A DNA stretch of 64,000 bases from positions 128,001-192,000 of the forward strand of contig CAVQUB010000009.1 in assembly GCA_963716725.1 (NCBI GenBank), read 5' to 3'. The position numbers were made by a program, and so were the translations under genes. Origin of the DNA: an uncultured delta proteobacterium. Its GTDB lineage: Bacteria > Myxococcota_A > Polyangia > Polyangiales > Polyangiaceae. How positions within the stretch are numbered: the stretch's first letter is position 1; every line of letters starts with the position of its first letter. Of the stretch, positions 58,410 to 64,000 are shown in pieces. The notes under the pieces are model-generated. The model was not told the DNA's origin. It did not search any database and saw nothing but the letters and a program-made list of their open reading frames with translations.

Positions 58410-59786
58410 CTAGTCTCTGGCGCGAGCGCGGCGCGCCGCTTCCACCGCGGCCAGGCCGGCCCGGGCTTTGTTGCGGGTCTCCTCGGCCTCGAGGGCCGGC
58501 ACGCTGTCGGCCACGATGCCGGCGCCGGCACTCACCTCGAAGCGCCCGTCGCGGAGCACCACCGTCCGGATCGCGATGGCAAAGTCGAGGTTTCGTCCAG
58601 CGCTGACATAACCGACCGCGCCCCCGTACACCCCCCGGGGCCGCTGCTCGAGCTCGCGGATGATCTGCATGGCGCGGACCTTCGGTGCTCCGCTGAGGGT
58701 TCCGGCGGGGAAGGTCGCCCGCAGCACATCCCACGGACCCGCGGACTCGGTGAGCTCGCCCGCCACCTCGCTGACGATGTGCATCACGTGGCTGAATCGC
58801 TCGACCACCATGCGCTTCTCGAGCCGTACGCTGCCGGCGCGGCTGACGCGTCCAACGTCGTTGCGCGCCAGATCGATCAGCATCACGTGCTCGGCAAGTT
58901 CCTTCGGATCCGAGAGCATCTCTTCAGCGAGGCTCTGGTCCTCGGCGGATGTCCTGCCGCGCCGTCGGGTGCCCGCGATGGGGCGCAGCGTGACCGTCGA
59001 ATCTTCGACGCGAACCAGGGTCTCGGGGCTCGCGCCCGCGAAGTGAAGCGCGGGCGAGCCCTCACGGGCGGGCAGCTCGAACAGATACATGTAAGGCGCC
59101 GGCGACAGCACCCGAAGCGCCCGGTACACGTCGAAGGCCTCCGCGCGGCCGGCGGGCACCGAGAACGTTCGGGCGACGACCACCTGAAACGCGTCGCCGG
59201 CCAAGATGTACTCTTTCACGCGCCCAACACGGCGTTCGTACTCCTCGTCGCTGGTATCAACCTCGACGTCGATGGGCACCGACGCCGCGTCCGGCGCTGG
59301 CAGCGGCGCGAGCGCCGACGTCCGGGTCAAGGCCGCCTCCACGCGCTCGACCTCGGAGGCGCGCGTGCCTGCAATGGTCGCCGTTTGCTCCAGGTTGTCG
59401 AAGACGACGACGGTGGGCTCGCTGAGCAAGCGCACGATGGCCGCACGGCGGTCCGGCCACGGGTCCACCTTGAACGCCGAGTGGACTGCGTCGTAACTCA
59501 CGACGCCAAAGTGAGAGGTCGCGAGCCGGCGAGCGATCTCGGGTTCGTCATCCGCTGTGCTGGGTAGAACTTCCGACAAGCTCCCGAAGGGATCGCACCC
59601 CGGCTCGGCCTCGAGTACGATCTCTCGCGCGGGCCGCACCCCGATGATCGAGTAACGCCCCCAACGTTCGCCGGGCACCACGCTCTCCAGGAGAAAACAC
59701 CCGTCCTTCGAGTCGCCGCGGAGCGCCGCGTAGGCCCCGACGGGCGTGATGCCGTCCACGACCAACGTCTTCTCGAACACGGGCAT
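58410..59786 (-). CDS. trpE: Anthranilate synthase component I
   Basis: FLLES, GDAFQVV, PAPYMY, GASPETL, PIAGTRRRG, AEHVMLIDLARND, PAGTLSGAPK and GAGIVADS. Confidence 0.92.
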   Translation of the reverse strand: MPVFEKTLVVDGITPVGAYAALRGDSKDGCFLLESVVPGERWGRYSIIGVRPAREIVLEAEPGCDPFGSLSEVLPSTADDEPEIARRLATSHFGVVSYDAVHSAFKVDPWPDRRAAIVRLLSEPTVVVFDNLEQTATIAGTRASEVERVEAALTRTSALAPLPAPDAASVPIDVEVDTSDEEYERRVGRVKEYILAGDAFQVVVARTFSVPAGRAEAFDVYRALRVLSPAPYMYLFELPAREGSPALHFAGASPETLVRVEDSTVTLRPIAGTRRRGRTSAEDQSLAEEMLSDPKELAEHVMLIDLARNDVGRVSRAGSVRLEKRMVVERFSHVMHIVSEVAGELTESAGPWDVLRATFPAGTLSGAPKVRAMQIIRELEQRPRGVYGGAVGYVSAGRNLDFAIAIRTVVLRDGRFEVSAGAGIVADSVPALEAEETRNKARAGLAAVEAARRARARD

Positions 59787-59826
59787 CGCCCTGGAGTTCT
59801 ACCAGCTTCGTGTATGATCGACATCG

Positions 59827-60318
59827 ATGCGTGTCGGGTTTGGGTTGTCCTTGGTCGTTTTGGCACTGGCGGGCACGTCGTGCCGAAAGATCAGCGAGCG
59901 CACGCTGCGCGACACCGAGTCCCGAAGCGTCAAGGCCACCTGCGATAGGGACGGCGAGTGCAAGCTCGTACTCTTGACGGGTGACCACGCCGCCGACAAA
60001 ACCGATTTCGTGATCCACCGGACCGGAAACTTGGTGGCCCTGTGCGACGTCGGGGCGACCAAGAAGCCCGACGCCACGACGGACTGCCGCGCCCTCACCT
60101 GCGAAGGCGACGGCGATTGCCCGCCAATGCACGGGCTGAAGAACGGAACCTGCATCAACGGCCTGTGCCGCGAGCCCGCCGCGACCATCGGCGTGGATGA
60201 CGCGGTGCTGCTCTGCCTCGCCGGCACCGGCCTGGGCACGACCCAGCCGGACCGGCTCGCCATGGCGCTGCAATGCGGGAGCCCCTGCCGGGTTCCGACT
60301 ATCTGCCGGCAGCCCTGA
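59827..60318 (+). CDS. Cys-rich lipoprotein
   Basis: Lipobox GTSC and more than 10 Cys. Confidence 0.7.
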   Translation: MRVGFGLSLVVLALAGTSCRKISERTLRDTESRSVKATCDRDGECKLVLLTGDHAADKTDFVIHRTGNLVALCDVGATKKPDATTDCRALTCEGDGDCPPMHGLKNGTCINGLCREPAATIGVDDAVLLCLAGTGLGTTQPDRLAMALQCGSPCRVPTICRQP

Positions 60319-60364
60319 GCGACCGGTTCCATCGCGCAAGGATCCGGCCTAGCGTCCCGGCCCA

Positions 60365-61783
60365 ATGCTCGAGCGACAGTCTGTCCGCGCCAGCGTGGCC
60401 CTGGCGGCCTACGCAGAACCCGTGCTCGAAGGTCGCCGCGTGGTGGTCTTCGGGGACTCCTCCTCGGGGCTCGCGGAGCAGCTGCTCGAGCGCGGCGCGC
60501 GCCTGGTCCACGTCTACGACCCCGATCCGGCCCGAGTCGCCGAGAGCTCGGTCAAGAACGACTCGCTCAACATCGCCATCGCGGGGCTGTCCGACATGGG
60601 CCTCGCGCTGCGCGATGGCGTGTTCGACGTCGCCTTGGTCGACGACCTGACGTTGACGGGTCCGGCGCACTCGGTGCTCAAGCGACTGCGCCGTGCCCTG
60701 TCGCCCCGTGGCGTTGCGCTGGTCGCCGCGCCCAACCCAGAGGTGTCCCGCCGGCTACTGCCCGGGGGCCCGACCTTCGACTCCGCGCTCGACTACTACC
60801 AACTGTACGACGCCGTCTCCTCGGAGTTCTCCAACGTGAGGATGCTGGGACAGACCCCCTTCGTCGGCTTCGTGGTCGCAGACTTCGCCGCGCAAGGCAC
60901 CCCCGAACCCTCCCTCGACACGGCATTCGTCCCGGGAGGCGCCGAGGAGCCCGAGTGGTTCATTGCGCTCGCCAGCGCGGTGCCCTTGCGCCTGGACGAG
61001 TTTCAGATCGTGCAGCTGCCGCTCGACATCCTCGACGCTCGCCCCGCCAGCTCCATCGACGACTCCGAGATCGGCTCCTTGCGCGACGCCGAACGCCGCC
61101 TGCGCGAGCGCGCGGCGGATCTCGAAGCCGAGGTCAACGACCTCCAGGGCCAGCTCCGGACCGCCCGGACCCGCGACCCGAACACCGAAGAGATGCTCCA
61201 GCTCCGCACCGAGCTCGCGAACAAAGAGCGCTGGGTCGCCGAGGTCGAGTCCCGCGCCGCGGTGGCGGACGCCCGGGCGGACGAGGCCGAGGGCGAGCTC
61301 GAGGGGCTGCGCGACCAGATCGACCGGGAGCGGGAGGCCGCGGGCGGGCCGCTGCGCGCGCTGGAGGCCGAGGTCGCTGCGCTGCGAGAAGAACTCGCGA
61401 AGCAGAGCCACGAAAACCACGGCCTGACCGAGCGCATCGCGCAGCAAGATCAGCGCATCGCCGTCCTCAGCGCGGTGACCGCCGACAAGGAGGGCGACGA
61501 GGTCGATTCTCTCGAACTCCAGCTCGCGGCGCGCGGCGCGGAGATCCGGCGCCTGGAGGCGGATCTCCGCCAAGTCGAGCGCCTCGGGCGGGACCTGCTC
61601 GAGGGCCTGACGGACCTCGCCCACCGCAACGCGCTCAGCGAAGCCGATCTGGAGGCGGCCCGCTGGAGCCTGGCCAGCGCCCACGGGGCCGGCAGCTCCG
61701 ACGCGGAGCTCGAGCGCGCTCTCGCTGCGCTGCAGACCCGTCTGGTGCTCGAGGCCCAAGCGCGCCGGCACGAGCCTTCGTGA
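60365..61783 (+). CDS. Degenerate methyltransferase-like N-domain + long coiled-coil protein
   Basis: GRRVVVFGD, DGVFDVALV and RRALSPRGV (SAM-MTase-like), followed by a heptad-rich C-half. Confidence 0.65.
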   Translation: MLERQSVRASVALAAYAEPVLEGRRVVVFGDSSSGLAEQLLERGARLVHVYDPDPARVAESSVKNDSLNIAIAGLSDMGLALRDGVFDVALVDDLTLTGPAHSVLKRLRRALSPRGVALVAAPNPEVSRRLLPGGPTFDSALDYYQLYDAVSSEFSNVRMLGQTPFVGFVVADFAAQGTPEPSLDTAFVPGGAEEPEWFIALASAVPLRLDEFQIVQLPLDILDARPASSIDDSEIGSLRDAERRLRERAADLEAEVNDLQGQLRTARTRDPNTEEMLQLRTELANKERWVAEVESRAAVADARADEAEGELEGLRDQIDREREAAGGPLRALEAEVAALREELAKQSHENHGLTERIAQQDQRIAVLSAVTADKEGDEVDSLELQLAARGAEIRRLEADLRQVERLGRDLLEGLTDLAHRNALSEADLEAARWSLASAHGAGSSDAELERALAALQTRLVLEAQARRHEPS

Positions 61784-61794
61784 GCGGGGCCGCG

Positions 61795-61822
61795 TTGACA
61801 GCTTTTCTTCGGGGCTTATTCT
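61795..61822 (+). promoter_or_regulatory. Sigma70-like promoter upstream of dnaJ
   Basis: TTGACA-N16-TATTCT. Confidence 0.5.
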
Positions 61823-61859
61823 CTAGACTCCCCTCCGCCCCGGCCGGACCCGCGGTTCC

Positions 61860-62972
61860 ATGAGCGAAAAACGCGACTATTACGAGGTACTCGAGGTCTC
61901 CAAGGACGCGAGCGCAGACGACGTCCGCAAGGCTTACCGGAAGGCGGCGCTCAAGTACCACCCGGATCGGAACCCCGACGACCCCTCCGCCGAGGCAAAA
62001 TTCAAGGAGGCCACCGAGGCCTACAGCGTCCTGTCCGAGCAGGAAAAGCGAGCGCAGTACGATCGCTTCGGTCACGCCGGCATGGGAGGCGGGTTCGACT
62101 TCCAGCAGGCGGGGATGGGCGACATCCTGAGTCAATTCCAGGACCTTTTCTCGGATTTCTTTGGTGGTTTCGGCGGGTTCGGCGGGCAACGTCGCCGCCA
62201 GCGGGGTCCCGAGCGGGGGCAAGACGTAAGGGTCGAAGCCCAGATCAGCCTCAAGGACGCCTTCGAGGGAACCAAGCACGAGGTCGGCATCCGCGGCAGC
62301 GCCCCCTGCGAGACCTGCAACGGGAGCGGCGCGGCCGAGGGCAGTCGCCCGGAGCGCTGCGCCCAGTGCGGTGGCCACGGTCAGGTCACCACCCAGCGTG
62401 GCTTCATCATGTTCAGCACCACGTGCCCGCGCTGTCGAGGCACTGGCGAGCAGATCGAAAAGCCCTGCCAAGACTGCTCGGGCACGCGCTACGTCGAGAA
62501 GAAGCGCAAGGTGCTGGTCACCTTCCCGGCCGGCATCGACTCGGGTCAGACCCTGCGCGTCCCAGGACAGGGCATGCCCGGTCCGGCCAACGGCGTTCCC
62601 GGCGATCTGTACGTCGACGTGATGCTCGAAGACGACGAACGCTTTCAGCGCGACGGTCAGGACTTGGTGGCACGGCGCGAAATCTCGTTCCCCGAAGCGG
62701 CGCTCGGCAGCGAGCTCACCGTCGAGTTGCCCGACGGCGCGAGCGTCAGCGCGGAGATCCCCGCGGGCACCCAGCCAAGCACCGTGATCACGATCCGCGG
62801 CAAGGGCATGCCGCGTCTGGACGGGCGGGGACGCGGCGATCTGCACATCGTGACGGAGGTCGCCGTTCCAAAGAAGCTGAGCCGCCGCGCAAAGAAGCTG
62901 CTCGAAGAGCTGGGCGAAGAGCTGGGCGAAGCGTTGAGCGAGTCCGGCGACAAGACGGCTCGCGTCGGCTGA
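61860..62972 (+). CDS. dnaJ: Chaperone DnaJ
   Basis: RDYYEVL, HPD motif, G/F region and four CxxCxGxG-type repeats. Confidence 0.97.
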   Translation: MSEKRDYYEVLEVSKDASADDVRKAYRKAALKYHPDRNPDDPSAEAKFKEATEAYSVLSEQEKRAQYDRFGHAGMGGGFDFQQAGMGDILSQFQDLFSDFFGGFGGFGGQRRRQRGPERGQDVRVEAQISLKDAFEGTKHEVGIRGSAPCETCNGSGAAEGSRPERCAQCGGHGQVTTQRGFIMFSTTCPRCRGTGEQIEKPCQDCSGTRYVEKKRKVLVTFPAGIDSGQTLRVPGQGMPGPANGVPGDLYVDVMLEDDERFQRDGQDLVARREISFPEAALGSELTVELPDGASVSAEIPAGTQPSTVITIRGKGMPRLDGRGRGDLHIVTEVAVPKKLSRRAKKLLEELGEELGEALSESGDKTARVG

Positions 62973-62973
62973 T

Positions 62974-64000
62974 TCACCCGTATTTCTTGGCGAGCCGCTC
63001 GAGCTCCGACACGGCGCGATCGAAGCTGGTGGGTTCGGCGTCCTGACACGCAAAGGCTTCGAGCTCGGGCAGGGCGACAATGGCGCGATCGACTCGAGGA
63101 TCGCTGCCCTTTGCGTAGGCGCCGAGGGTGATGAGATCGCGTTTTTCTTCGTAGGTTGCCACCAGCGCGCGCACCCTGCGAGCGGCCGCGGCGTGCTCTG
63201 GCGTCACGACCGCGTCCATCACACGCGACAGGCTCTGAGGCACGTCGATGGCCGGATAGTGGCCGCGCGCCGCGATCCTCCGATCCATCACCAGGTGCCC
63301 ATCGAGGATGCCGCGCACCTCGTCGGCGATAGGCTCTTCCATGTCGCCGCCTTCGACCAGCACCGTGTAGATGGCCGTGATGGAGCCCCGCTCGCCCTGC
63401 CCGCTGCGCTCGAGCAAGCGAGGCAAGAGCGCGAACACGCTGGGTGGATAGCCTCGCCGCGCCGGCGGCTCTCCCGCGGCCAACCCGACCTCACGTTGCG
63501 CTCGCGCGACCCGCGTCACCGAGTCCACCAGCAGCATCACCATCTTGCCGGCATCACGGAAGCTTTCGGCGACGGCGGTCGCGACCTGCACGGCCCGGAG
63601 CCGCTCGAGCGCCGGAGCGTCGCTGGTCGCTACGACCACGACTGAACGACGGCGCCCTGCGTCGCCGAGTGCGTGCTCCAAGAACTCGCCCACCTCGCGT
63701 CCACGCTCGCCGACCAGTGCAACGACCACGACGTCCGCGGTCGTCCCGCGCGCGATGGCGCCCAGCAGCGTGCTCTTGCCAACCCCCGAGCCGGCGAACA
63801 ACCCGACACGCTGACCGACGCCGAGGGTGAGCAGACCATCGATGACGCGCACCCCGGTGGCCAGCGGCTCCGCCACCGGTCGCCGCCCCATGGCGGGGGG
63901 CGGCGCGCGATCGACGGGCACCCGAACCAGTCCCTCGGGCAGCGGTCGACCGTCCGCCGGTCGACCCAACCCGTCGATCACTCGCCCCAGCAGCCCAGGG
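62974..64000 (-). CDS. FliI/SctN (YscN) type III secretion ATPase, 5' end outside the window
   Basis: GQRVGLFAGSGVGKS, GERGREV, DSVTRVARAQREVGLAAGEPP, EPIADEVRGILDGH and HYPAID. Confidence 0.92.
   Translation of the reverse strand, partial: PGLLGRVIDGLGRPADGRPLPEGLVRVPVDRAPPPAMGRRPVAEPLATGVRVIDGLLTLGVGQRVGLFAGSGVGKSTLLGAIARGTTADVVVVALVGERGREVGEFLEHALGDAGRRRSVVVVATSDAPALERLRAVQVATAVAESFRDAGKMVMLLVDSVTRVARAQREVGLAAGEPPARRGYPPSVFALLPRLLERSGQGERGSITAIYTVLVEGGDMEEPIADEVRGILDGHLVMDRRIAARGHYPAIDVPQSLSRVMDAVVTPEHAAAARRVRALVATYEEKRDLITLGAYAKGSDPRVDRAIVALPELEAFACQDAEPTSFDRAVSELERLAKKYG

Noticed and set aside
58410..59786. Orphan trpE-like gene as part of a secondary-metabolite cluster
   Set aside because: There are no neighbouring biosynthetic genes, and dispersed trp genes are common.
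61784..61859. CIRCE element upstream of dnaJ
   Set aside because: No TTAGCACTC-N9-GAGTGCTAA match is visible.

Overview
High-GC (about 70% by eye) bacterial DNA that looks myxobacterial (Polyangiales-like). The signs are a MYXO-CTERM protein, about 16 predicted lipoproteins (many with Gly/Ser/Thr-rich tethers or Cys-rich bodies), three Hanks-type Ser/Thr kinase-like genes, four TPR/PEGA-type proteins, an AgmX/PglI-type protein and an RpoH-box sigma factor. Housekeeping genes are rsmI, ffh, purM, purN, rsmD, truA, trpE, dnaJ and a FliI/SctN ATPase that runs off the right edge. The most notable items are: (i) a serine palmitoyltransferase-like gene with an N-terminal extension next to a bCerS-like GNAT, suggesting a sphingolipid/ceramide pathway; (ii) three repeats of a Ser/Thr kinase (one a pseudokinase) paired with a TPR-PEGA protein ending in Phe, a candidate undescribed trans-envelope signalling system; (iii) a GH130/GH5-like/GT4/GT4-(alpha/alpha)6 fusion cluster of unknown product; (iv) a NarX/PilJ-like sensor fused only to a Cys4 zinc-ribbon; (v) toxin-antitoxin remnants. 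Several genes, including essential ffh, carry small frameshifting indels, most simply explained as long-read consensus errors. I found no tRNA, rRNA, CRISPR array or transposase. All family calls come from recognising motifs by eye; no database searches were run.
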